Shown: positions 45,368-54,789, counted from the stretch's first letter. The stretch is 64,000 nt of DNA from Candidatus Marinacidobacterium sp. (GCA_965204755.1 OZ242011.1:2112001-2176000), one strand, 5' to 3'. A program made the numbers and translations. Notes: generated by a model not told the origin, from the letters alone.

Positions 45368-46783
45368 ATGAGTGTGCAGATCGTTCGGCGCGGATTCGAC
45401 CTCCGCCTCGCCGGCGCCCTGCCGAAGGATCCGCCGCCCCCCGAGACCCGCGTCCCGGCGCGGATCGCCGTGCTGGGCGCGGATTACCCCGGGATGCGCC
45501 CCGCGATGCGCGTCCAGGTCGGCGACTCCGTGAGCCGCGGCGCCGTCCTCTTCGAGGATCGCAAGACCCCGGGCGTCCGCTTCACCGCGCCGATGGCCGG
45601 CCGCGTCGCCGCCATCCACCGGGGAGAGCGCCGCGCCTTCCGGGCGCTCGTCATCGAGACCGCCTCCGAAGAGAGGTCGGGCCGCCCCGGCCGCGCCCGG
45701 TCGCTGCGCGGCGCGGCCGGCCGCCATCCGGAGGGGATGACCGCCGACGCCGTCCGCGAACTCCTGCTCGACTCCGGCGCCTGGACGGCCATCCGCGCGC
45801 GCCCCTTCGGCCGCGTCGCCGACCCGGAACGCCGGCCGGCGGCGCTCTTCGTAACCGCCGCCGACACCGCGCCGCTCGCGCCCGACCCGGCGCGGGCGGT
45901 CGCCGGACGGGACGACGATCTCGCCTGGGGCCTCGCCGCGCTGGCCCACCTCACCGACGGCCCGGTCTTCGTCTGCTCCCGCGCCGGGCGGCGGCTCCCC
46001 GTCCCCGACAAGGACCGCATCCGCCAGTTCGAGTTCGCCGGGCCCCATCCGGCCGGCACCGCCGGGCTCCACATCCACCGGCTGGCCCCCGCGCGCCGCG
46101 GCCGGGAGGCCTGGCACCTGGACGCGCAGGACCTCGCCGCCGTCGGCGCCCTGTTCCGGACCGGGTCGCTCGACCCGCTGCGGGTGGTGGCCCTCGCCGG
46201 GCCGCCGCTCGCCCGTCCGCTCCTGCTGCGGACGCCCCTCGGCGCCGACGCGCTCGACCTGGCCCGGGCGGAACTCCGGCGCGGCAACGAGACCGCCATC
46301 CGCCCGGCGCACGAAGACCCCGCCGACCGCTGCCGGGTGATCTCCGGCTCGATCCTCTCCGGGCGCATCGCCGCGGACGACGACGGCCGCTTCCTCGGCC
46401 GCTACCACCGCCAGATCACCGTGCTCGAAGAGGCGCGCCGCCGGCGGCTGCTGGGTTGGCTCGGGCCGGGCTTCGGCGCGCTCTCCGCGAGCCGCGCGTT
46501 CCTCCCGGGGTCGGGTCGGGGACACGCGCCGGACACCGACGCGCACGGCTCCCGGCGCGCCATCGTCCCGACCGGCGCCTACGAACGCGTCATGGCCTTC
46601 GACATCCCGCCGGTGTTCCTGCTTCGCGCGCTCCTCATGGAAGACCTCGAGCGCGCGGAGGAACTGGGGGCGCTCGAGTTGGTGGAGGAAGACCTGGGCC
46701 TCCTTTCGTTCGTCTGCCCGGCGAAGAACGACTACGCGCCGCAACTGCGCCGGGTGCTCGACGCCCTGGAGCGGGAAGGTTGA
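45368..46783 (+). CDS. nqrA: Na+-translocating NADH:quinone reductase subunit A
   Basis: Motifs RRGFDLRLAG, DYPGMRP, GPHPAG, RVISGSILSG and LELVEEDLGLLSFVCPAK. Confidence 0.93.
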   Translation: MSVQIVRRGFDLRLAGALPKDPPPPETRVPARIAVLGADYPGMRPAMRVQVGDSVSRGAVLFEDRKTPGVRFTAPMAGRVAAIHRGERRAFRALVIETASEERSGRPGRARSLRGAAGRHPEGMTADAVRELLLDSGAWTAIRARPFGRVADPERRPAALFVTAADTAPLAPDPARAVAGRDDDLAWGLAALAHLTDGPVFVCSRAGRRLPVPDKDRIRQFEFAGPHPAGTAGLHIHRLAPARRGREAWHLDAQDLAAVGALFRTGSLDPLRVVALAGPPLARPLLLRTPLGADALDLARAELRRGNETAIRPAHEDPADRCRVISGSILSGRIAADDDGRFLGRYHRQITVLEEARRRRLLGWLGPGFGALSASRAFLPGSGRGHAPDTDAHGSRRAIVPTGAYERVMAFDIPPVFLLRALLMEDLERAEELGALELVEEDLGLLSFVCPAKNDYAPQLRRVLDALEREG

Positions 46784-46844
46784 CCGCCGCGGCGCGCCGC
46801 GCCCCGACCCGGATGGCTCCCGCCCGCCGCCGCTGAGTCGAGGG

Positions 46845-48104
46845 ATGCTCCGCCCGCTTCTGGACCGGATCGGCCGGCCGTTCGCCGAGGGCGGGCCGCT
46901 CGCGCGGTTCTGGCCGGCCTGGGACGCCGTCGACTCGTTCCTCTACACGCCGGGACGCCGGACCGCCGGCCCGCCGCACGCCCGCGACCGGCTGGACATG
47001 AAACGGCTCATGTTCACCGTGGTAACCGCGCTGGCCGGCACGGTGGCGATGGCGTTCTACAACACCGGGCTGCAGGCGAACCGGGCCATCGCCGCCGGCG
47101 CGTCGCCGCTGCCCGGCTGGCGGACCGCGGTGATCGAATCCGTCGGCGTCGGGTTTTCGCCGGACAGCCTCCTCGCCTGCGTCGTCCACGGCGGTCTCTG
47201 GTACCTGCCGGTGCTGGCGGTCACCTTCGCCGTCGGCGGGACCTGGGAAATGGTCTTCGCCGTCGTCCGCCGCCACGAAGTGAGCGAGGGTTTCCTGGTA
47301 ACCGGGATGCTGTTCCCGCTGATCCTGCCGCCGACCGTGCCGCTCTGGCAGGTCGCGCTGGGGATTTCCTTCGGCGTGGTCGTGGGCAAGGAGATCTTCG
47401 GCGGCAGCGGTTTCAACATCCTGAACCCGGCGCTCACCGCGCGCGCCTTCCTGTTCTTCGCGTATCCGGCGGACCTGACCGGCGACCGCATCTGGATCGC
47501 CGCCGATACCTCGCCGGACGCGGTCAGCGGCGCCACTTGGCTCGCCCGCCTCAGCCTCCGGGGGCCGGAGGCGTTCGCGGAAACCTTCCATCCCGCCGGC
47601 GCCGCCGGCATCAGCCCCTGGGACGCTTTCCTCGGTTTCCTTCCCGGTTCGATGGGGGAAACCTCGGTGCTCGCCTGCCTGTTCGGCGCGTTGGTGCTCG
47701 CGGTAACCGGGATCGGGTCGCTTCGCATCATGGCGGCGGTGGCGCTCGGCACCCTGGTCATGGGCGGGGCGCTCAACCTGGTCGGCTCGGACACGAATCC
47801 CTTCTTCGCCGTCCCGTTCTGGTGGCACTACCTGCTCGGCGGCTGGGCGTTCGGGACCGTGTTCATGGCGACCGAACCGGTAACCGCGCCTTCGACGCCC
47901 GGCGGGCGGGCGGCGTACGGATTCCTGATCGGCGTGTTGGTGGTGCTGATCCGGGTGGTGAACCCGGCCTACCCGGAAGGGATGATGCTCGCCATCCTGC
48001 TGATGAATGTGTTCGCGCCGCTCATCGACCACTTCGCGCTCCGCCGGAATATCCGCCGCCGCGCCCGCCGGGGAGCGGACGAGCGGCTGCCCGCGGCCGC
48101 CTGA
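46845..48104 (+). CDS. nqrB: Na+-NQR subunit B
   Basis: Motifs DMKRLM, KEIFGGSG, DAVSGAT (FMN attachment) and PAYPEGMMLAILLMN. Confidence 0.95.
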   Translation: MLRPLLDRIGRPFAEGGPLARFWPAWDAVDSFLYTPGRRTAGPPHARDRLDMKRLMFTVVTALAGTVAMAFYNTGLQANRAIAAGASPLPGWRTAVIESVGVGFSPDSLLACVVHGGLWYLPVLAVTFAVGGTWEMVFAVVRRHEVSEGFLVTGMLFPLILPPTVPLWQVALGISFGVVVGKEIFGGSGFNILNPALTARAFLFFAYPADLTGDRIWIAADTSPDAVSGATWLARLSLRGPEAFAETFHPAGAAGISPWDAFLGFLPGSMGETSVLACLFGALVLAVTGIGSLRIMAAVALGTLVMGGALNLVGSDTNPFFAVPFWWHYLLGGWAFGTVFMATEPVTAPSTPGGRAAYGFLIGVLVVLIRVVNPAYPEGMMLAILLMNVFAPLIDHFALRRNIRRRARRGADERLPAAA

Positions 48105-48199
48105 CCGCGGCGGGTTCCCCGCCGGGCCGCGCGGTTTCGCCGGGCCGCCGTTGGCGCAAGGCGTCGGCGATGGCTACTATCCCCAACAATTTCGCGTAG

Positions 48200-49186
48200 A
48201 TGCATCCCGTCTTCGCGCCCCGCTCGATTCCGTTCGTTCGCCGGTCCCGCCGCCCCGGGGGATTTCCCGCCGTGCTCGCCTCGGCGCTGCTGGTCTTCGG
48301 AGCGGCGTTCGCCCAGGCCGAAGAGGTCAGCGGCACGCTCCGCGGACGGGTCGTGGACGACCAGGGCGGCGCGATTCCGGGCGCGGCCGTGTTCGTGTTT
48401 TCGTCGGCGATGCCGGAAGGCGTCCGCGAAGCGACCAGCAGCCAGGCCGGGCGTTACCGGTTCCGCAACCTGCCGCCCGGCGACTACACGCTGGAAGTCG
48501 TCATGGAGGGGTTCGACGACTACGCGCGCGAGGGTCTTCCGGTCGAGGCCGGGGAAACGACGGATTGGGATCCGGTGCTCGCCGTGCCGGCGCTCGCCGA
48601 GAATGTGAGCGTGGCGACGGAACTTCCCGAAGTGGACCTCCGGAAGTCCGGGGTTTCGACGAACCTGCGCTTCGTGGAGGTGCATCCCCGAACCTGGCCG
48701 ATCTTCGATACGGCGTTCGGGGCGTACCGCACGAACCGGCGGGACCTGCTCGTGGAACTCGGGATCCCGGACGCCGAGGTGCTGCCGGAGACGGCGCGGG
48801 TCCTCGGACTCGCGCTCGGGTTCATGCGCGCCCGCCACCCGGAACGGGAGACGAGCGCGGCGTTCTTCGGACGGGCGGCGGTCGGCGCGGTGCACAACAA
48901 CTGGTTCGGCGTGGTCTTCGACTTCGGCGTTCTGCGCTTGACGCGAAGCGGCTTCTTCGGCGTGGGCGCCGGCGTGTGGGGTTTGGGCGATCCCGATGTG
49001 ACCGATGTGGGTCTGTTCTACACGCAGGGTTTCGATACCGCCTGGCGGACGAAGGCCGGCCCGGTGCAGTTCTTCGTCGAGGCCCGCGTGTTCGCCCGGC
49101 AGTTGGACGCGCTGCAGGACAACTTCTCGGTGAACGGCGGCTTCCGAATCAACTGGCGCCCCCACCACCGAGTCGAAATCCGCTGA
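48200..49186 (+). CDS. secreted carboxypeptidase-regulatory-like domain protein with beta-rich C-terminus
   Basis: Signal peptide; GTLRGRVVDDQGGAIPGAAV...GRYRFRNLPPGDYTL. Confidence 0.7.
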   Translation: MHPVFAPRSIPFVRRSRRPGGFPAVLASALLVFGAAFAQAEEVSGTLRGRVVDDQGGAIPGAAVFVFSSAMPEGVREATSSQAGRYRFRNLPPGDYTLEVVMEGFDDYAREGLPVEAGETTDWDPVLAVPALAENVSVATELPEVDLRKSGVSTNLRFVEVHPRTWPIFDTAFGAYRTNRRDLLVELGIPDAEVLPETARVLGLALGFMRARHPERETSAAFFGRAAVGAVHNNWFGVVFDFGVLRLTRSGFFGVGAGVWGLGDPDVTDVGLFYTQGFDTAWRTKAGPVQFFVEARVFARQLDALQDNFSVNGGFRINWRPHHRVEIR

Positions 49187-49231
49187 CCGTCCGCTGACCG
49201 CCGCGCGGCCGGGCGGCGGCCCCGCGCGCCG

Positions 49232-49747
49232 CTACGGAGCGGGGAAGAGTCCGAGCGCCGCCCGCTGCTCCGCGCCGAGCGGATAGTCCGGGTTACGGCA
49301 CGGGTAGATCTTCGCGGCGTCCCAAAATTCCACGGGGATATGGGTCGGTTCGGTGATCTTGACTCCGGCCTCTTCGAGATCGTGGTGGAGGCGGTACCCG
49401 TCGAAGAGGAAGACGAACTCGATCGCCCACGGGCCGGACGGTTGCTCGCCGGCCTTCGGCCCGTTGATCACCAGGTAGTAGTCGGGAGGCGTCGGCTTCA
49501 GGTCGAGGTAGCCCGGGTGTTTCGCGTAGCGCTTGACTTCGACGGTCTTGCCCCGGAGACACTTCGCTCCGTACCGCCCGTCCGCGAAGAATCCGTCGCT
49601 ACCGGGGTGCAGCGGGTCGTCGTGCAATGCGACAGGGAAGACGCCGGCCGCGATGAGTTCCCCGAAGTTCCCGGAGATCGCGGCGTAGTTGCCTGCCGCC
49701 ATGGCGCCGTCGGCAGCGGACTCCAGCGGGCGCAGGAGGCCGGCCAT
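49232..49747 (-). CDS. hypothetical protein, putative PD-(D/E)XK-like nuclease; paralog of 24354..24935
   Basis: GNFGELIAAGVF...GSDG...GKTVEVKRY...PDYYLVING...WAIEFVFLF aligns by eye with the 24.4 kb protein. Confidence 0.7.
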   Translation of the reverse strand: MAGLLRPLESAADGAMAAGNYAAISGNFGELIAAGVFPVALHDDPLHPGSDGFFADGRYGAKCLRGKTVEVKRYAKHPGYLDLKPTPPDYYLVINGPKAGEQPSGPWAIEFVFLFDGYRLHHDLEEAGVKITEPTHIPVEFWDAAKIYPCRNPDYPLGAEQRAALGLFPAP

Positions 49748-49803
49748 GCGTTTCAGGAGTTCGAGATCGTCACTTCGTGTTCCTCGGTTCAGGCGCAGTC
49801 GAA
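49746..49803 (+). repeat. direct repeat A (about 58 bp) flanking the array
   Basis: Near-identical to 51253..51309; identical 18-bp core ttcaggagttcgagatcg. Confidence 0.85.
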
Positions 49804-49889
49804 CCTGGTGGGAGCCGCAAGGCGGCAGGTCGCTTCGTGGAGACCGCAGTCCCGCCGGACGACCGCCCGGATTCGCGCCGGCCGGCGAC

Positions 49890-51147
49890 CGTGAAGGTCG
49901 TCGATCCGCGCCCCGACGACCGCGAAGGATCTCGATCTACGGGATCGAGCCGACGAAAGGGGGTGTCGATCGGCGCTATTCGGTAACCGCGAAGGGTGTC
50001 GATCCGGCGGCGCGGAAGGGTGTCGATCTGCGCCCCGGCGACCGCGAAGGGTGTCGATCCGCGCGGCGTGGAGCGAACTGGAAGGGTCTCGATCCGCGCC
50101 CCCGGAGACCGGGCAACTGTTCGATCCGCGCGGGTCTGGAGCGGGGGGCAAGTGTTCGATCCGCACTCCGCCCCGCCGCGTAAGTGTTCGATCCGCGCGT
50201 TCGGCAAGTGTTCGATCCGCAGGATCGAGCGGACCGGAAGGGTGTCGATCCGCGCGCCCGGCGCCCGCGAAGGGTGTCGATCCACGGCGCGGATCGGGCC
50301 GGAAAGGTGTCGATCCGCGCGTCCGGCGACTCCGAAGGGTCTCGATCCGCGGGATCGAGCAGACCGGATCTGTTCGATCCGATCCCCCGGAGATGGCGCA
50401 AGTGTTCGATCCGCGCGTCCGGCAAGTGTTCGATCCGCGGGATCGAGCGGACCGGAAGGGTGTCGATCCGCGCGCCCGGCGCCCGCGAAGGGTGTCGATC
50501 CATGGCGCGGATCGGGCCGGAAAGGTGTCGATCCGCGCGTCCGGCGACTCCGAAGGGTCTCGATCCACGGGATCGAGCAGACCGGATCTGTTCGATCCGC
50601 GTCCCAGGGGACCGCGCAAGTGTTCGATCCGCGCGTCCGGCAAGTGTTCGATCCGCAGGATCGAGCGGACCGGAAGGGTGTCGATCCGCGCGTCCGGCGA
50701 CTCCGAAGGGTGTCGATCCGCCGGATCGAGCAGACCGGATCTGTTCGATCCGCGCGCCCGGCGACCGGGCAAGTGTTCGATCCGCGCGGGCGTGGAGCGG
50801 GGTGCAAGTGTTCGATCCGCGCGTCCGGCAACTGTTCGATCCGCCGGTTTGCGCGGGCCGGAAGGGTGTCGATCTGCGCGTCCGGCGACTCCGAAGAGTC
50901 TCGATCCGCGGGATCGAGCGCCTCCGGAGGTGTTCGATCCGCGGTCTCGGCGCCTGCGCAAGTGTTCGATCCGTGGCATGGAGCAGGACGGATCTGTTCG
51001 ATCCGAGCCCCCGGCGACCGCGCAAGTGTTCGATCCGTGGCATGGAGCAGGGTGCAAGTGTTCGATTCGCACTCCGCCCGGCCGCGTAAGTGTTCGATCC
51101 GCGCGTCCGGACAAGTGTTCGATCCGCAGGATCGAGCGGACCGGAAG
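49890..51147. repeat. non-coding satellite-like array: 40 units, mostly 32-33 bp, core TCGATCCGC, with a 218-bp higher-order repeat
   Basis: TCGATC cores counted from 49901 to 51119, spaced mostly 32-33 bp with periodic 24-bp units. Higher-order starts are at 50212, 50430 and 50648. Confidence 0.92.
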
Positions 51148-51280
51148 ACGCTCGCGGCGACCAACCCCCCGAAGTCGCCGTTGACCCCCGTGCCCTGCGG
51201 CGTCGCGATCAGTCGGCCGGCGGGTTCGTCCAGCGCCCGCACCACGCGGGTGATGCATTCAGGAGTTCGAGATCGATCAC
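51144..51280 (-). pseudogene. frameshifted 5' fragment of a paralog of 49232..49747, truncated at the array
   Basis: VIDLELL[frameshift]CITRVVRALDEPAGRLIATPQGTGVNGDFGGLVAASVF is colinear with DLELLKRMAGLLRPLESAADGAMAAGNYAAISGNFGELIAAGVF. Confidence 0.7.
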
Positions 51281-51309
51281 TTCGTTTTCCTGTTTCAGGC
51301 GTAGTCGAA
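51253..51309 (+). repeat. direct repeat B (about 57 bp) flanking the array
   Basis: Near-identical to 49746..49803. Confidence 0.85.
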
Positions 51310-51356
51310 TCAAGGGTCGGGGCTCAAGCGGCGCTGTGGGGCCGCTGCGTGGTGTT

Positions 51357-51770
51357 TCAGGCGTGTACGCCGAGAGGGGCGACGGTGAGTCCGGGGAGGG
51401 CGGCTTGGAGGTGTCGCGCTACGAGGGTGCGGTGACACTCGGAGTCTCGGAGGCAGGCGCAGAGGAGGACGATGCGCTTGCCTTCGCGGATGGCGTCGAG
51501 GATGAGGGTCGTGTCGGCGTCCGGGTCGGCGAGGATGGGCGAGGAGTCTTCGTCGAGTGCGGCGTTTCCGAGGCCCGGGTGGTGCGAGTAGGTGATCCCG
51601 TGGGGTGCGAACCAGTTTCGGATGGCGGCTCCGCCCCAGATAAAGCGGGGGGATGTGGGTCGGAGTCGGATGTCGGCGATGTGGTTGACATCGGCGAGTT
51701 GGAGCCGTTCGAGGAGGGATTCTCGGGAGTGTCGGGCGTATCCGCCCTGATGGATGAGGGGTCGGGTCAT
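51357..51770 (-). CDS. DUF488 family protein
   Basis: Motifs GY...IADIRLRPTS, GITYSHHPGLG and LLCAC...ECHRTLVA. Confidence 0.75.
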   Translation of the reverse strand: MTRPLIHQGGYARHSRESLLERLQLADVNHIADIRLRPTSPRFIWGGAAIRNWFAPHGITYSHHPGLGNAALDEDSSPILADPDADTTLILDAIREGKRIVLLCACLRDSECHRTLVARHLQAALPGLTVAPLGVHA

Positions 51771-51841
51771 GCGAAGAGTCGGTCTCGGGAGTCTTCCCAG
51801 GCGTTGCCGACGGATTCGAAGGCGCGAAGCGACGGCATCGG

Positions 51842-52876
51842 TCAGCCGGCGAACTGGGTGGCGGCGTGGACGAGGCGGCCGTCGAGGGTAAGGGCGTGGT
51901 GGATCAGGCGCTCGTCCTTCGCGTGGAACTCCACCCCCAGCCCGAGACCCGGATTCCGGCGGAGCGGCATCCAGGTGGGGCGGCGGACGCCCCAGAGGGC
52001 GCGGGTCGCCGACGGTTGGCCGGGGCGCTCGGGGAGGTCGAGCAGGTGCGACCTCACGAGGCTTCCCCAGTGGGCCGCCAGCAGCCCCGGAGCGCCGAAG
52101 AGGTCCACGGAGACGACCCGTTCGCCGTGGGTGACCACGACGCCGCGCTGACCGGGGAGCGGGCCGCGGGCGGCCAGTTCCCCCGCCGCGCCGCCTCGGC
52201 CGCGGTCGCGCCGGAAGACCGCTTCCTCCGCCTCCGCGGCGGACCTCGACGCGGACGGGGCGCCGTGGGCCGCCATCAGGTCGTCCACCTCCCCCCAGGC
52301 GGCGCCCTGGTCGGAGGCGTAGCCGCGCTCTTCCCGGAGCGAGTCGGCGACGGCCCCGACCACCACCCGCCGCAGGCGCCGCGGGGCCTTCGCCGCCCCG
52401 ATCCGGAGCCGGCGGGACGACTCCGGGTCGTCCGGCGCCGTTTCGGGCGGCGCGGCGCCCGGCGTCCGACCGCCGTCCGGCGTCATGCCGACGATCGGGC
52501 TGCGCCTCGGGCCGGGGCGGCCGTAGGCCCAGCGGCCGGCCTCGAGGCAGGTCACCGGGATGTCGAGCGCCGCGCCCGGGGCCAGCAGCACCGAGCCGTT
52601 GACCACGCGGTTCTGCATCCCGCCGACGAAGTGCTCGCCTTCGACGAGCAGGATCGGCGTCGCCGTGGGGTTCGCCGCCCGCACCGTGTTCACCTGTTCC
52701 CGGTCGAGTTCCTTCACCACCAGCCCGGCGCCTTCGCCGGTGCGGATCTCCGGCAGGTCGTTGCCCTGCAGGTAGATCGGGTGGAAGGAGACATGCAGCC
52801 GGGTGATCGGCGCCCCGACGGCGGCGGTATCGAGCGCGGGGAGGGCCCCCCGCGGGTCGGTCGTTTTCTCGGTCAT
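51842..52876 (-). CDS. ARPP-1 (DUF6569) domain protein
   Basis: Motif PILLVEGEHFVGGMQNRVVNGSVLL...IPVTCLEAGRW, plus SDQGAAWGEV and PGQRGVVV; GGAG RBS. Confidence 0.78.
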   Translation of the reverse strand: MTEKTTDPRGALPALDTAAVGAPITRLHVSFHPIYLQGNDLPEIRTGEGAGLVVKELDREQVNTVRAANPTATPILLVEGEHFVGGMQNRVVNGSVLLAPGAALDIPVTCLEAGRWAYGRPGPRRSPIVGMTPDGGRTPGAAPPETAPDDPESSRRLRIGAAKAPRRLRRVVVGAVADSLREERGYASDQGAAWGEVDDLMAAHGAPSASRSAAEAEEAVFRRDRGRGGAAGELAARGPLPGQRGVVVTHGERVVSVDLFGAPGLLAAHWGSLVRSHLLDLPERPGQPSATRALWGVRRPTWMPLRRNPGLGLGVEFHAKDERLIHHALTLDGRLVHAATQFAG

Positions 52877-52907
52877 GGTCTGGTTTCTCCCCGGCTCGTT
52901 GGCCGTC

Positions 52908-52970
52908 TATTGGTCAGATAGTTGTTATCTGAGAGACTAATACTAACGGGTTAAAGTCTCGAAGTCAAAT
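52908..52970. promoter_or_regulatory. AT-rich divergent promoter with candidate NrtR operator(s)
   Basis: Inverted repeat TCAGATA-N5-TATCTGA (52914-52932). ATC-N5-GAC and GTC-N5-GTC in AT-rich context resemble the NrtR GT-N7-AC palindrome. Confidence 0.55.
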
Positions 52971-52983
52971 TCCTCCCGCGTCC

Positions 52984-53943
52984 ATGCCGTCGAAGCGCCC
53001 CCCCGGGTACGACCCGCTCGCCTTCCCGCCGGTGGCGGTAACGGTGGACCTCGTGGTGTTCACCGTCCGCGGCGGAGCGCTGCAGGCGCTGCTCGTCCGG
53101 CGCGGCCAGCCGCCGTTTCGCGGCGACTGGGCGCTTCCGGGCGGGTTCGTCCAGCCGGAGGAGGACCTGCTCGACGCCGCCCTGCGGGAACTGGAGGAAG
53201 AGACCGGGGTGGGGCGGGAGGCCGTCCACATCGAGCAGTTGCGGGCCTACGGCGCTCCCGGCCGCGACCCCCGGATGCGGGTGGTGACCGTGGCCTATTG
53301 GGCGGTGGTCGGGTCGCTGCCGCCGCTGGCCGCCGGGACGGACGCCGAGTCGGCGGCCCTCGTCCCGGTGAAGGACATCGACGAGGGGGGCGTCCGGCTC
53401 GCCTTCGACCACTTCGGGATCGTCCGCGACGCCGTCGCCTACATCCGGAGTCGGCTGGAAGACGATCCGGCGCTCGCGGCGCGGTTCTGCCCGCCGGAAT
53501 TCACGATCACCGAACTCCGGCGCGTCTTCGAGGCGGTGTGGCGGACGGCGGTGGAGCCGGCGAACTTCCAGCGCCAGGTGCGGAAGAGCGGCGTGTTCCG
53601 GCGGCTGCCGGGGACGGCGGCGTCGGGGTCGCTGGGAGGACGGCCGGCTTCCCGGTGGGTCGCGCCGGAAGTGACCGCGTCGGCGGCGGCGCCGGAGGCG
53701 TTCGTGGGCGCGGCGCCCCCGGACGGCGCTCCGATGGCGGGCGCCGCGGAAGGCGTCGAGAGTCCGGGGGGCTTCGATCCGGTGTCGGTCGGTTCCGCCC
53801 CGGAAGCGCCCGCCGCCGGCCCGGCCGACCGCGGGGACGGCGCCCCGCCGCCCGCCTCCCCGGACTCGCCGCCCCGGGTGCGGTTCCCCCGGCCTCGCCG
53901 CCGCCGCCGCCCGGCGCCGCCGGACTCCGGGGGCGGCGGCTGA
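52984..53943 (+). CDS. NrtR-family regulator (Nudix + winged helix)
   Basis: Motifs VTVDLVVF, WALPGGFV...AALRELEEETG, RDPRMRVVTVAY, LAFDH, FTITELRRVFE, NFQRQV and GGRPA. Confidence 0.88.
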   Translation: MPSKRPPGYDPLAFPPVAVTVDLVVFTVRGGALQALLVRRGQPPFRGDWALPGGFVQPEEDLLDAALRELEEETGVGREAVHIEQLRAYGAPGRDPRMRVVTVAYWAVVGSLPPLAAGTDAESAALVPVKDIDEGGVRLAFDHFGIVRDAVAYIRSRLEDDPALAARFCPPEFTITELRRVFEAVWRTAVEPANFQRQVRKSGVFRRLPGTAASGSLGGRPASRWVAPEVTASAAAPEAFVGAAPPDGAPMAGAAEGVESPGGFDPVSVGSAPEAPAAGPADRGDGAPPPASPDSPPRVRFPRPRRRRRPAPPDSGGGG

Positions 53944-53989
53944 CCGCCCGGGCCTCCCGCCGTTAGGATTTTCGCCCCCCGCCGCCGCC

Positions 53990-54772
53990 GTGGACAGCGC
54001 CCGTTACATCCTCGGTTTCGCCGCCGCGGTGTGTCTCGTGTGCGCGGTGCTGGTCTCCGGCTCCGCGGTCTCGCTCCGCTCGCTCCAGGCGGAGAACGCC
54101 GAGCGCGAACGCCAGCGGAATGTCCTGTTCGCCGCCGGCCTCGCCGACCCGGAGGAATCCCTCACCGACGAAGAGATGGCGGCGCGGTTCGCCTCCGTTA
54201 CCCCCGTCGTCGTGGACCTCGAAACCGGCGCCGACCTGCCGGACGCGGACCCCGCGCAGGTGGACCCGCTGGTGGAAGCCGGCGTCCCGGACACTTCGCG
54301 CCCGGTGGCGGACAACCCGGCGCGGGTGCGGCGGGTGGAGCGGCGCTCGGTGGTGTACCGGGTCGAGGACGGGTCCGGCGGCCTCAGCGCCGTCGTGCTC
54401 CCGGTGCGGGGGCAGGGGCTCTGGGGCGTCCTCTACGGTTTCCTCGCGCTCGAAGCCGACCTCGACACCGTGCGCGGGCTCACCTTCTACCGGCACAAGG
54501 AGACTCCGGGGCTCGGCGGCGAAGTGGACAACCCCGCCTGGAAGGCGCTCTGGCCGGGCCGCCGCGTCTTCTCCGCCGGGGGCGAACCGGTCATCGAAGT
54601 CGCCCGCGCCGCCGCCGGGCCGGTCGCCTCGGACCCCCACCGGGTGGACGGGCTCTCCGGGGCGACGATGACCAGCCGCGGCGTGACGAACCTGCTGCGG
54701 TTCTGGCTCGCGGAGAACGGGTTCGGGCCTTACCTCGACCGGTTGCGCGCGGACGCGGGCGCCGGGGGCTGA
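53990..54772 (+). CDS. nqrC: Na+-NQR subunit C
   Basis: Motifs [25 protein letters not shown] and [14 protein letters not shown] (FMN site). Confidence 0.95.
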   Translation: MDSARYILGFAAAVCLVCAVLVSGSAVSLRSLQAENAERERQRNVLFAAGLADPEESLTDEEMAARFASVTPVVVDLETGADLPDADPAQVDPLVEAGVPDTSRPVADNPARVRRVERRSVVYRVEDGSGGLSAVVLPVRGQGLWGVLYGFLALEADLDTVRGLTFYRHKETPGLGGEVDNPAWKALWPGRRVFSAGGEPVIEVARAAAGPVASDPHRVDGLSGATMTSRGVTNLLRFWLAENGFGPYLDRLRADAGAGG

Positions 54773-54789
54773 CGAGGGGCGGAGGAGAC

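Noticed and set aside
49890-51147. CRISPR array interpretation of the repeat region
   Set aside because: The conserved part is only about 15-17 bp with two variants. Linkers are short (about 8-19 bp) and recur in a 218-bp higher-order pattern, and no cas genes are in the window.
49770-51435. Long ORFs in all six frames across the array
   Set aside because: The same peptides (ARIEHL, ADRTL, RGSNTC) rotate through frames because the unit is mostly 32 bp and lacks stops. This is a by-product of the repeat.
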